A stretch of 63,923 nucleotides of DNA, the filler included, from Octopus bimaculoides (taxonomy: Eukaryota), in the NCBI RefSeq assembly GCF_001194135.2. It is 7 parts of 6 records of this genome, joined end to end, with 100 filler letters (N's around TTAATTAATTAA, not from the genome) between each part and the next. Parts side by side here need not be neighbours in the genome. Positions count along the whole stretch, not along the records: positions 7,055 to 14,681 come from NC_068982.1; positions 14,782 to 32,300 come from NC_068989.1; 5 more parts are not named here. One strand, written 5' to 3'. This document shows positions 13,104-25,893 of the stretch, one piece after another. The first letter of the stretch is position 1. Every line of letters begins with the position of its first letter. Below the pieces are notes generated by a model, which saw nothing but the letters and a program-made list of their open reading frames with translations, was not told where the DNA came from and did not search any database. The position numbers were made by a program, and so were the translations under genes.

Positions 13104-14119
13104 CGTGTGCGTGTGCGTGTGTGTGTGTGTGTCTGCGTCTGTGTCTGTGTGTCTGTGTCTGTGTGTCTGTGTCTGTGTCTGTGTCTGTGTCTGTGTGTGG
13201 GTGTATCGTCAGTGGATCAAATATCTGAAAAATCACACTCCAAAAGTTAGAGCAGTAATGTATTTACATGAAATTAAATATGTCTGGTCATAGAGTGACC
13301 AATGGTTTCGCTTCCAGAAAGCGCTAAACTTTATAGACGACTCATCTGACTTTAATTCTTAAGAGCATATATTCTCCCTTCAAACTGGAGCTAGAAAACT
13401 GTTACAGTCAGTTAATTTGTAAACAAAAGAATAATATACACTGTTTGAGCTCTAAACGGAACAAGTTATCTCGTTGGTGCTACTATTTCTGCCGCTTAAT
13501 GCGTTGCTGCCACTGCGGCCTCCACTGTTGTCATAGTTGTCGTCGATGTCGTTGGATGAGGCGCTCCTGCTATTACTCTGATTGTCAGAGCTGGATTCCA
13601 CAACATCCTCATATACAACTCCCTCTGCCTCGCATTGGCTCCCCACTGAGCGATCAATGTACAGCCTGCATGAGCAACCGGCTTCTACTCGTGTTTTTAT
13701 TTTTTGGGTGTTTGCCAATATTCGTCTCATGTTGGGCGCGCAAATAAAGCAAACCCTTAGGTTGTGCTTATAGAACGCATTAAGTGACACAAACACCAGC
13801 AGCGACAAATACGACCGTAGCAGTTCATGACCAACATTGATTACACCGGTACTAGAGGAGGAAGCACCAGCAGCAGCAGAAACACCAGCAACGACTGCAG
13901 CACTGGTATCAGCGCTACGGCCGAAAACGACGACCACGCCAGCACCAGCAGTACCAGAGGAGCTCCCAATCTCACATCCAGAATTAAGAGCGACAGCAGG
14001 CACAACACCATCGGCAATAGCGGCAGCAACACCAACACTACGGCAACAACTACGGTGATATCCCCAGACCCATGCGCTGTAATAACAGCACCGATGACAG
14101 TTCCAACAACAGCAGCGCA

Positions 14120-14660
14120 ACAGCTCCATGCCCAGACCCAACAGAAGATACACAAGAGGCATAAACACAACCAGCGCTGAAGTTCGGAGAGATATTTGGT
14201 CGGGCAGAACTTCCCTTTAAGCGGCACCTGTACAACCACAGGTCCTCATTTAGGGTTCTGGAAAGACGTTATGTCATGCCTCTAGCCAGCTACGTGTGCT
14301 GCCTTAAGGATGAAGGAACTCCACACGAAATTAAATGGAGGATCATAGAGCAGACAAGGTTCTATATAAATGGGAGCAGACCGGAACCAGCCTAAGGACG
14401 GAAATTCTTTGTTCGCCCTTTAGGTCCGTGAGATTTGCCAACCGTCCGAAATAAGAGAGATAATCTCGTCCCGTTTAAAAATCAAACTGTATATCATTAT
14501 TTTGCTTACAAATTAACTTAAGGGTTTTCTACCTGCAGTTAGAAGAAATGTCACAAGCCCTCAGCCATTAGAGTTTGACGAGTCGTCTCTAAAGCTCAGC
14601 GCTTTATGGCTGCGAAACCGTCGGTCATTCTATGACCGGACAGGTATTTAACTTCATCTA
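14120..14660 (+). mobile_element. Penelope-like element 3' end: GIY-YIG fragment plus degenerate hammerhead
   Basis: Frameshifted EVRR(YI)GRAELPFKRHLYNHRSSFR...KDEGTPHEIKWRIIEQ; downstream TTGACGAG (14575), CGAAAC (14613) and hairpin cggtcat-tct-atgaccg ending GTA (14644). Confidence 0.65.
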
Positions 14661-14781
14661 ATTAATATATATATATATATANNNNNNNNNNNNNNNNNNN
14701 NNNNNNNNNNNNNNNNNNNNNNNNNTTAATTAATTAANNNNNNNNNNNNNNNNNNNNNNNNNNNNNNNNNNNNNNNNNNNN

Positions 14782-15140
14782 ATTTATGAGATTTAAATCC
14801 CACTGACGAACTTGCAGCCTGAAATACTTTTGTTTTGAAATCTTCCCATAAATTGTTTGGGTCAAGATTAATACCTTCTATAGCGTCGTGGAATCTTTGC
14901 AAGTTGCTTGATAATTTAAAGTTTGCAACGTTTAACTTTTTGGGTATCTTAGGACCAGACTGTCGGTTTTTAGGTTTTATCGAAAAATCTATTTTGCCAC
15001 GCAGTAGATGATGGTCAGTCCAGCTCTCTGCCCCTCTCATGACCCGAACGCTAGAAACGTCTTTCATATCACATTTCCTAATCAAAATATAATCTATGAG
15101 ATGCCAGTGCTTAGATCTTGGGTGCATCCAGGTGGCTTTA
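14782..15140 (-). mobile_element. RTE LINE APE endonuclease C-terminal fragment
   Basis: ATWMHPRSKHWHLIDYILIR...VRVMRGAESWTDHHLL, the RTE endonuclease signature; frame open. Confidence 0.9.
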
Positions 15141-15200
15141 TATTTATTTTTCATACATACATACATACATACATGCGTAGGTACGTGTGTGCGTGCATGC

Positions 15201-15242
<42 letters not shown>

Positions 15243-16387
15243 AGAAAGAGAGAAAGAGAGAGGAGAGAAACACATTTGTAAGTCAGAGCTTGGAGAGTGG
15301 GGGTTAGTGACTTCCTACCAGTTCTGGTGGCCCTTTAAGAGATGTGGTCCGAGATTACTATAGAGGTAGCAGCACCGTCACAGTTGCAAGAGTAAACAGT
15401 ATTATATTGTGGATATCATCTGAACCGAGTTTTGTAAAGGGTTAATATTTGACGAACAGAGGACTGAGATATTTTAGGACTCTAGTGTAGTACAAAACTT
15501 CACTCTCCCATATACGTGGTAACTGTCACCATCTGGACAATAATGAAACTAGAACTGTTAAAACCAGATATATATAATTACTTAATAAACCATTCTGACA
15601 GTTACTATTATACTTCACTTTCTTAGCATTTTGGTTATTTCATTCTAGAAGATGGATATATTAAATTACATTGATGCAAGGAGGATGCTTCCACTAGCAA
15701 CAGCTCTCCAGTCGCTTCAGTGCTGTTGTATAGAATTTATTTACAGTTTGTTTCCTTTAAATAGAGTTCTTCATTGATTTTATTGCATTTCGTTTTATTA
15801 AATTTATCACAAGGATATTGTTAGATAGAAAGAGCAAAGTTAAATAACCTTAGCTTAACTGGTATACGTGTCTTAATATATTTGTAAAATTGGCATTTTC
15901 AATTGCCAAACCAAGCTGAACCAAAATTCATTTAGAAGGAAAAAAGAAATACATCTTATTTATTTATTTTATTTTTTATATTTTTATATTTTATTATTGT
16001 CAGTCATTACACTATGGTCATGCCGCTTTGAAATGTTTAAGCCGAAGAAATAGACCTCAGTACTTTTTTAAAGTCTGGTATCAATCTATAGCGATATTTT
16101 ACTGAACCGCAAAGTTATTGGGAAGTAAACCAACAATTTTTCTTTATTTTCTTAGTTTTTTGCCATGGTTTTATAGTTATTTCTTAAAGCGATATGAAAC
16201 AGTTATATTATAACTAACAGTTGTCCGAATTTCTTCACTGGCCTCCACATGATGATGATGGCAATGATGATGATGTAGAGAAAGAGGAAAAGGAAAGGAA
16301 AAAGCATGCTGATGGCATTGTCAGAGGCAGAAAGGTAATGATCCTGATCCCTTTTAAGGGCTTCTGAGATCAGCCTGATTTGTAATG

Positions 16388-16453
16388 TAGCAGTACTGAT
16401 GAGGAATAGACAAATGGTAAGAATTTGTTAAATCCGAAACCTGGTTCCTGTTT
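16388..16453 (+). ncRNA. Type I hammerhead-like motif (repeated at 16817-16881 across a gap)
   Basis: Intact core CTGATGAG...CGAAAC; stem II gga/tcc plus gacaaat/atttgtt; pseudo-palindromic stem III acc-t-ggt; stem I agcag/ctgtt with an imperfect junction. Confidence 0.55.
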
Positions 16454-16969
16454 AATCTNNNNNNNNNNNNNNNNNNNNNNNNNNNNNNNNNNNNNNNNNN
16501 NNNNNNNNNNNNNNNNNNNNNNNNNNNNNNNNNNNNNNNNNNNNNNNNNNNNNNNNNNNNNNNNNNNNNNNNNNNNNNNNNNNNNNNNNNNNNNNNNNNN
16601 NNNNNNNNNNNNNNNNNNNNNNNNNNNNNNNNNNNNNNNNNNNNNNNNNNNNNNNNNNNNNNNNNNNNNNNNNNNNNNNNNNNNNNNNNNNNNNNNNNNN
16701 NNNNNNNNNNNNNNNNNNNNNNNNNNNNNNNNNNNNNNNNNNNNNNNNNNNNNNNNNNNNNNNNNNNNNNNNNNNNNNNNNNNNNNNNNNNNNNNNNNNN
16801 NNNNNNNNNNNNNNNNTACTGATGAGGAATAGACAAATGGTAAGAATTTGTTAAATCCGAAACCTGGTTCCTGTTTAATCTTCACAGCTATGTATAGGAA
16901 CATTTATTTTCATACTGTTTCAGCTGAAGCTCGGATCGCTGTGCGATAAGGAATACGATCAGCAATGAA

Positions 16970-17330
16970 AGATTAGCTGGGAACCAAAGTTCAAAGTATT
17001 ATTACAATAATGCTAATCAAGAAAGGGACAAACAGACCCTAAGGCATATCTTAATGGCAGCAACTGAATTAGAGAAGTTCTGTATTCACATAGCAGAACA
17101 ATGGGAAACACATTATGATTTGATAATTTTAACAAAATGGAATAAGTATTCTGGAGTGACAAGCCAGAATATGAAAGCGAGAGGCAATTCAGGAATTAGA
17201 TTTGCTATAAGAACATATTATCAAAGGTAACAGAATTTGCTACGTCAGTAAACGACATTAATAGGTTCACTTGACAAGGAAATGCATTGTTACAATTATC
17301 ACTGTGTAAGCAGCAACAGCTTCTGTCTTC
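16970..17330 (+). mobile_element. Degenerate RTE APE endonuclease N-terminal fragment
   Basis: LGTKVQSI...NRP*...ATELEKFCIHIAEQWETH...ARGNSGIRFAI resembles RTE WNVRTL...RPERRTALVARELARYNIDIAALSET...GVGFAI. Confidence 0.55.
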
Positions 17331-18504
17331 CCCAATAAAAGCAAAGAAGTCTTCAAAAGCAAATAAGAACCACACGTTTCGCAATAGCAGTCACGCGGTG
17401 AGACTTTATGCCCGAATGATATATTTTGTCACAGTATGACATTTACTGCTTCGTGAGAAAGCTATGCAGACTAAAATTAGCTCGATATGCACACTTCAAT
17501 TATATTTATAATTTGTATACGAACGTAAAACAGCGTTAGTAGTAAGATTCTAACGAAGGGAAATCACTTGAGGAACCTTGTGTATTAAAAATGTAGAGTT
17601 TTTCGTCATGGTTCTTCCTGATTAACCTGCAAGTAGTGCTTTCCTTGGAAAGAGCAGCTCAGTCACTTAAGGTACAACGTAATCTTTCTATAGCCTTAGT
17701 TTGAAAAATTCTCAGGTATTCCAAGCAGCATCTGTACCCGAGACAAATGGTCTAACAAGAGCTAGGGATCCATTAACTCAAGATGAACTTGCGATACATT
17801 CGTTCCCCATTATGAGCATATTTATACTTATATTGAAATAATACACATATGTACTCACATACACATACACACACTCACACACACACACATACATACATAT
17901 ACATATATAAATATACGTACATATATATATGTGTGTGTGTATATGCGTTCGCGTGTGTTAATTCACTAGTACATTCGCACACGTAGACAAGCAAATAAAT
18001 AGTTAGAAAAACAAATAGTCAATTGTTCTACAATAAATGCTATACGTTTTAATTTCAGTCTTAAGTCGCTAATAATTGTTCGTTTGTATACTTATATGTC
18101 GAACATAGTTTTGAATTTAATGTATCTGATACTTCTGGGAATAGTCAGAAATGCGTATGTACATCTCGAAATACTGTTTCCTAACGCTAGCCATTAGCAT
18201 TTGCATTATCAGAAAATAGAAGACAACTGGGGAACTTGTTACTAAAGGGAGAAATTTATTGTAGACGGTGCTCTTAGATAATTGCAGAAATAAAGATGAC
18301 CGGCCGAGAATTCCATCTCATATACAGTTAAGATAAATTATATGTTGTCTGTTGCACAGTTAAGTAAGAGTTACTGTTTGAGTGTCTGTCTATGAATTGT
18401 AAGAGCTGAAGACATGTGCGTCCTGAAGTCCGCGCCACAAGTACTTGATTGAAGAATTACGCACTCATACAGATGCAAAAATGTACGCACACACACATGG
18501 TGCT

Positions 18505-18539
<35 letters not shown>

Positions 18540-19009
18540 NNNNNNNNNNNNNNNNNNNNNNNNNNNNNNNNNNNNNNNNNNNNNNNNNNNNNNNNNNNNN
18601 NNNNNNNNNNNNNNNNNNNNNNNNNNNNNNNNNNNNNNNNNNNNNNNNNNNNNNNNNNNNNNNNNNNNNNNNNNNNNNNNNNNNNNNNNNNNNNNNNNNN
18701 NNNNNNNNNNNNNNNNNNNNNNNNNNNNNNNNNNNNNNNNNNNNNNNNNNNNNNNNNNNNNNNNNNNNNNNNNNNNNNNNNNNNNNNNNNNNNNNNNNNN
18801 NNNNNNNNNNNNNNNNNNNNNNNNNNNNNNNNNNNNNNNNNNNNNNNNNNNNNNNNNNNNNNNNNNNNNNNNNNNNNNNNNNNNNNNNNNNNNNNNNNNN
18901 NNNNNNNNNNNNNNNNNNNNNNNNNNNNNNNNNNNNNNNATATATATATATATACATAAAAAGAATGAGATAAAGAGACCAATGGCATAAATAAATTTAT
19001 ATTTTATGT

Positions 19010-19640
19010 AGAATATCTTACAGCTGTTTCAGGGAAAATTCAATGTATCCCTTCATCGGAGACGGTAATAGTAGAAGATAAGGATTATTACATCTGTATG
19101 AGGAGATTTGCAGTAAGAAATGAGAGTGATACGGAGAAGAAAAAACAAAGAAGAATTGCAATTCTCCGTCTCAGTGTCATACTTGTCTGTCCTATATAAT
19201 GTCCACAACCTGAACAAGTTATAACATTAGATTCTCGGATGCACAAGTGAAGTTGGTTTTACTTGTGAACCTCTCTCCTTGTTTGAATAGGAATTTCGTG
19301 CGTTCCAGTAGGTTGGGGCATGTTCCACAGTTTGGGCGTACACATTTTTAACCGTTGGTTTCATGGTTGTTGTGTAAAGCTTCGCATTTGTTAGAAGTCT
19401 TTTCAGCGATTTGTGCTGCTTTTTGCATTTGATGAATTTATGCGCTTTCAGAATATTGTTCATTTTTGGGTCTCTAGTGAGCAAAGGTAGATTTTTTTAC
19501 AATATGCCTCATTGTTTCTAGGGTTGCGAGTTGGCATATACAGAAGTGTTTTGAGATGAGTTGTAGTGTTACGTATTGTCGCCCTTAGTATTTTAATGTC
19601 TAATTTCTAAGCACACTTAATTCCATCGTCTATAAGTGAA
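19010..19640 (-). mobile_element. Penelope-like element 3' portion (RT C-terminus, linker, GIY-YIG)
   Basis: RDPKMNNILKAHKFIKCKKQHKSLKRLLTNAK; KCVRPNCGTC; frameshifted NL..VITCSGCGHYIGQTSMTLRRR. Confidence 0.85.
19016..19063 (-). ncRNA. Minimal type I hammerhead at the Penelope 3' end (U4C variant)
   Basis: Minus strand: gtct CCGATGA aggga...tccct GAAA cagctg TA agat; palindromic stem III CAGCTG. Confidence 0.7.
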
Positions 19641-19872
19641 GGTGGATATTGTCTTTCAGTTAGTGTTGTTCTGAGGTCTTGAAGACGAAGGTCCCGAGTA
19701 TTTCTATCAGACACTATTGTATATTCTATCAGACACCGTTTGCTAAATTAAAGGGGATATTTCTTTTGATGTTTTTGGCGGTAAGAGCTAAACAGGAGTT
19801 ATTGCTTCGAGTCAGTTGGTTTATGATAAATGTCAGTTATGATTTGGTTGTTGACCTTTTATATACGTACAT

Positions 19873-19992
<120 letters not shown>

Positions 19993-21252
19993 GTGAAATA
20001 CGTACGTATGTATGTATGATTACACATATATATATCTTAAAACGTTAATTTGTTAAAGAAGGAGAGTTTAGATAAACAAGATATGCTATTTCGATAGATT
20101 ACGTAGAATACAATCCTTATTTAAACTCAAACACTTTTCTCTTTCTCGAGACTCGGGATTCACATCATAGCGATCATCAGATGAACCGTTAATTTTGCTA
20201 TAGATCGAACTTGTTTTATAGACAATGGAACATTAGTTCATTCTTTAATGTATTGATATCATTTTCAGTGGGCAGATTTTCGATGTTGTTTAAAGCGTTG
20301 TCACTAATTATCGTCGACTTTTCTTTGCCAATTAGTGGATGATCGTTGCCTTTTAGTTCGTGCATAATTTTTAATCATTTCTTGTTATCGTTTTCAATTA
20401 CTCCAATCTTAAAGAATAGCTGCAAAGTAAGTTCAACTTAACGATATATGAGCAAATTCTCAGGAATTTTGAATAAAATCCGTTTGACGCATGATAAACG
20501 ACAGTTAACTTCAACGTTGAGAACCCAGTTTATCAGAAGTTTCTAAACGTAAGCTTATCCTCCACGTACCTATTTCTTTTAGGAATCGTTAGAGCTCTTT
20601 AGTTATATTTCTCTTGTTATATTGCTTACTTTGTTGCTAATGTTAATTGTATATTTGGAAAATACTGTAAATATGAAATATATAGCAAAAAAAAAAAACG
20701 CAAAAGTCTTTATAATATTATATATATCAAATATAAAATCTTTGTTCCAAAATGGGACAATAGCCGTTCATGACATAAAGACAAGAATTGGTAGGCTGTA
20801 AACAACAAAAAACATGCAGAATATGGGGACGGAAAATAAGGATCGAGTGCATTAATATGTCAACCAAAATATGTATTATGTTTAATGCACGCATCCACAC
20901 ACAAACACAAATATGTATTAAATAGAATTTCAGTTAGAGGTGAATTCCGCAACATTGAATCTGCAATATGCATACATACATACGCATGTATGTATGTATT
21001 ATATGTCTGTGTATGTGTGCGTATATGTATTAATCTATAGATATATATATAGCTAAGGTCAGGTAGGGTGTGAAGTTGGGGTATTTCCAGAGAAGCACTC
21101 GACCCGAATACTGGACTATTAACACTGTCGGGTTCCAGGCCAAAGCCAAAATTCGTCAGGTGCAGAAAATCCAAGATTCACGACGATTATACCGTCAAAT
21201 GGGAGTGGCGAAGAGTAAATAATCCAATGAAAAGAAGGAGAAAACGAAAATT

Positions 21253-21307
<55 letters not shown>

Positions 21308-21405
21308 NNNNNNNNNNAAGACCTGTCAAAAGGCGGGAGAACTCATGTGTAGTCAACGGCCATCCAGCATTATGTGTACATTGGTGTGTGTGCATGTGTG
21401 TGTGT

Positions 21406-21440
<35 letters not shown>

Positions 21441-21709
21441 TGTGTATATTTTTATATATATTTTTATCTTTATATATCTTTTTAGATTTTTTTATATATC
21501 TTTTTATATATTTATATATATTTTATATATTTATATATATTTATCTTATTTTATTTTATTTTTAGTTTTAAGTGTGAATTTATTTATCTATTTATCTAAG
21601 TATTTATCTATTTTTATAAATAAAAAAACATTTTTAAATTGTAAAAATTGCAAATTTTATGCATATTTGCATTTTTTAAATGTGTGTGTGTGTGGGGTGT
21701 GGGGTGTAT

Positions 21710-23950
21710 GCAGTTGAGGCTAATTAGCCGTGGTGAAAGCAACTCTTCTAGGAGAGGGACACTCTGACATAAAACCAGGTCATGGTAATGACAGTCCCTT
21801 ATACTGGCTGCACTGTCAAAGCCATGACTGTTGATGGGGGCAGACTGGGCTCCTGTTTTGAAACGAAGCCGTGATTAGGACAACCAGTATAGGAGAACAA
21901 AACTCTGAATTCAAATAGACTTACCACTGCTGGCTTGCTGTGTCCTTTTGAGGAAAAGCTTAAGAGAAGATACTCCGACATAAAACCTGCAGTCAACTTT
22001 GTACTACTCATCTTGCTTTGCTTGTCACTGGAATTAACTATTTTGACCCAGAGAGCAGCAAAAGTCTTGTACAAGCGTTTGTCACTGAAATCCAGTGATG
22101 TACAGATGTCCCCGGCAAAACACCATCATCGTACAATCACCGCTATTCATAAGTCCTATGGCGATAGAGGCGTGGCGACGTATGTAGACTTGACCGGTTG
22201 GAAGCATGCAGTTACAAATCTGCACATAAGGCGGCATGTTTCCACGGACAGGAACTGTTTTCGATGGAGAATCCTGTGTCTGAGCAGACTTTTTAAGAAG
22301 AACACTGCTCACCTGGTTATACTAGGAAGGTTCTAGAAATTGTGCACTAAAATTTTCTGTCCTCTTTTTGCTGGTTAGTTTACTACGGCTAACGGTGGTT
22401 CAATTTAGGAGAAATGAACAAAGAATTGATATAAACAATGATAACAAGTATGCATGGAATAAGGTTTTTCTTAACCTGGCCTGTTAGAATGTTAGAACTC
22501 TTTTAGATCGAGAAGATAGGCCTAAAAGAAGAACAGCTCTAGTAACTAAGGAGCTAAGACATCTTTATGTTGATATTGCAGCTCTTTCTAAAAGATGTTC
22601 AGATGATGATCATCTTGTCGAAAAAGCGGCAGGTTTGACATTATTCTGAGTTGGAAAGCCGAAGGGAGAGAAAAGGGAAGGTGGTGTTGGGTTTGCAAGT
22701 AGAAGTGATTTGCTAAAAGATCTAGAAGAACTACAAGGCATAAATACACGCATAATGAAACTCTGGATCCTTCTTGTGGACGTTTTGTAACTGTTTTTTC
22801 TATTTATGCTCCTACATTTTCAGCTAGTGAGGAAAATATCCATGTATTTTATGAGGAGCTTAGAAGAAGTATTCTGTTGGTCCCTTTGAATGAGAAGTTG
22901 GTTGTGCTTGGGGACTTTAATGCACGTTTTGGTAGAGACTATGGTGCTTGGAATGTACTTGGGCGTTATGGAATACGAAAGGTGAACAAATGTCCTCTGC
23001 TACAAATGTCCTCAAAACTAGGGTTGATTGTTGGGAATTCTTTCCTCATTTCATGAAACATAAAGTTACCCGGGTTCACCCAAGATCAAAGCAAGGTCAC
23101 ATGATTGACTTTGTATTAACTTGACACGGTAAATAGGGAGACACTGGATTGTTTTGTGTAAACTTGGTTGTCGAACAAATTTTGTGAGCATTTTTAAGGA
23201 ACTACACAGAAACATGAACGCTCAGGTAGTCTTTAATGGTGAGCTATCTCAAGAATTTTTGGTGGACAATGATGTCAAACAGGGAGATATTCCTGCCCCT
23301 ACACATTTCTCTATTTATTTTGCTGCATTACTTTGGTATGCTTTCAAGGATTGCAACAGGGGAATCAGAATCAGATTTTGGACATCTGGTCGTATTTTTA
23401 ATTTGACTCGGTTTAACTGCAAAGCAAAGACTTTCAAAATACTTGTTAGAGAATTACTTTATGCTGATGATGCTGATTTGTTGGCACACTCAGAGGGAGA
23501 TATGCAATATTTAATGGACAGATTTTCCACTGCATGTGTACATTTCGGACTCAGAATGGGGAAAAGCAAAGTAATGTTTACTCCCGTGCCAGGAAAACAT
23601 ATTCTGAACTAAACATTTTTGTGAATGGAACAAGGTGAGAAATCATTGACACCTCTGTTTACCTTGGAAGCACACTGGCAAGAGATGATAGTCTTGATGC
23701 AAAGGTATACTATCGAATAGGGAAGGGAAATGTTATATTTGGAAAGCTCGAAAAGCAAGTATGGGCGGAAGGAGGTATTTCCCTGCAGACAAAAACCAGT
23801 GTCTATAAAGCGTGTGTATTGTCTGCGATTCTTTATTCAAGTGAGACATGGACTACTTACAAGCGTCATATAAAAATGCTGGAGAGATTTCATCAAAAGT
23901 GCCTCAGACTTATCTTAGGAGTCAAGTGGGAATGTTTGACCTCTTTGAAA
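21710..23950 (+). mobile_element. Internally deleted RTE LINE with 5' UTR, APE and partial RT
   Basis: 5' UTR motif caac...taggaga...actctga; LAC*NVRTLLDREDRPKRRTALVTKEL; HPRSKQGHMIDFVL; then jumps to VKQGDIPAPTHFSIYF, ELLYADDADL, ILYSSETW; the RT N-terminal part is missing. Confidence 0.9.
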
Positions 23951-24335
23951 GTTCGATAGATCTGTCATTTTAATGAATTTTAGTTACCTTTTTCTGATGA
24001 TATCTGGAAAGAAATAGCAATTTGAGCAAAACATATTCAGCAACACTACTAATAAACCAAAAGACATAAAAATAACAAGCGTTTAACGGTTTTATAGATA
24101 TTTCAAAATATGCTATGATGATAGGTGTTTCCATTATTTTGTCCAACCCCCGTATATATTGGTGGCGATTTTATCGCGTATATATTCATATGATATATAA
24201 AGGTAAACAAGGAAATTAGGTTATTGTATGAATATTTCTTCTTTTAAGACGTACGTTTAGAATGAGGGTACATGTGTGCTCTATATTGATTTTAAGCATT
24301 TTATGTGCTATTTTTAAGTATCAGACTTCACCACG

Positions 24336-24384
<49 letters not shown>

Positions 24385-25250
24385 GTCTATCTATCTGTCT
24401 ATCTATCTGTCTATCTATTTATCTAGCTAGCTAACTATAGCGGAGAGAAAAGAGAGAGAGAGAGAGAGAAAGATGGAGAAATAGGCAGATAGAAAGGGAA
24501 AGGAGATGATACGCACAAAAATGTATTTCGAGTCATGTTTTTAATATCTCATGTATAAAGCACATTAAGACTATTTTTGCTATAACAACATAATTTTTGT
24601 AACCTTTTTCAATTGAATTACAAAAATTTCAAAACGAAGAGAAAAAATCGAAACAAAACAAAACGCTGCTGCAATGGCTTCTTTTCTAGTCTTTATTGCA
24701 CGACTATTGCTTTATTCTGAAAAATATTTCTTTGGAACATTGATATCTTTTACGTCTTGTTATAACTTCTGTTTAGCTAAACCCTTTAGATACCACTTCA
24801 ATAGGATAAAGAACCCGATGGTAATTGAACTAGCTGTATTGACAAGCTACAATGGTTACATTTGAATTTTTATTTGAAAACGTTAACAAAAAGAAATGAA
24901 TAAAAAAAGAAAACCGCGAAATGTCGGTGAGTAAAATATCAATACGACTCTGCAAACTGTAATGAATTAATATTCTGCAAACAGTTATTGATGTTATTGA
25001 TCTTGATGTTATAACAATACACAATATTAAGCTAATGCCCAGTTTAGGAAATGGTATTTGTTCTGATTAATTCGTTATAAGAAATGTCTTCATTTAACAA
25101 TTATTTATCAAAGAACAACTCTTGACTGATTCGTTAAAGTCAAAAATTTAACCTGCTATGCCAGTGAGCACCTTTCACGCTGAAGAACCTTTTAAAACAT
25201 AAAAAACATGTTCGTTTTAATTTTTTTATTCACACACTCACACACACATA

Positions 25251-25332
<82 letters not shown>

Positions 25333-25362
25333 NNNNNNNNNNNNNNNNNNNNNNNNNNNNNN

Positions 25363-25436
<74 letters not shown>

Positions 25437-25893
25437 CATATGTATATGCATGTATGTATGTATGTCTCCAGTGTTAACTGTCGGGAAAAGGAGTACTTGA
25501 TACCACTGTGAAGATTAATGATAACTTATTCTATTTTAACTTTTATTGTTACCTCCGCCTTTTTTAAGGCGGAGGTATTGTTTCATTTGTCTTTGTTTGT
25601 TTGTCTGTGGACGAGATATCTCAGGAACCGCCAGATGGATTAGGATGAAACTTTCAGGGATGTTTGGCCTTATGACTGGTACAAACCAATCAGATTTTGG
25701 TATCGATCTGGTACCGGACAAGGATTCTGGATTATTTTTCCTGTTTTTTTATTTAATTTTTAAGAGCGGTTGGGTTCATTTTTAGTATTCTCGTTTGTGA
25801 GAACGGACGAGTTTAATTCAGATATTCGCATTTTAAAAATTATCTCCGGCTAATCGTTGAGAGGACTTTGGTGTTCCCTTGGCGGAGGTTTGT

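Noticed and set aside
13445-14168. 238-aa minus ORF and Ala/Thr/Pro-rich mucin-like plus ORFs
   Set aside because: Low-complexity, stop-interrupted on the plus strand, and contiguous with a Penelope fragment; no recognisable host protein.
14800-14830. CTGACGA...GAAA spacing resembling a hammerhead
   Set aside because: No stem II pairing; it is the antisense of RTE coding sequence.
16394-16881. CRISPR-like or phage-like repeat-spacer pattern
   Set aside because: Only two copies around a gap in eukaryotic DNA; no array and no cas genes.
20144-20182. Hammerhead-like traces (also ~15450-15482 and ~36417-36450)
   Set aside because: Several core positions and stems are broken; indistinguishable from chance by eye.
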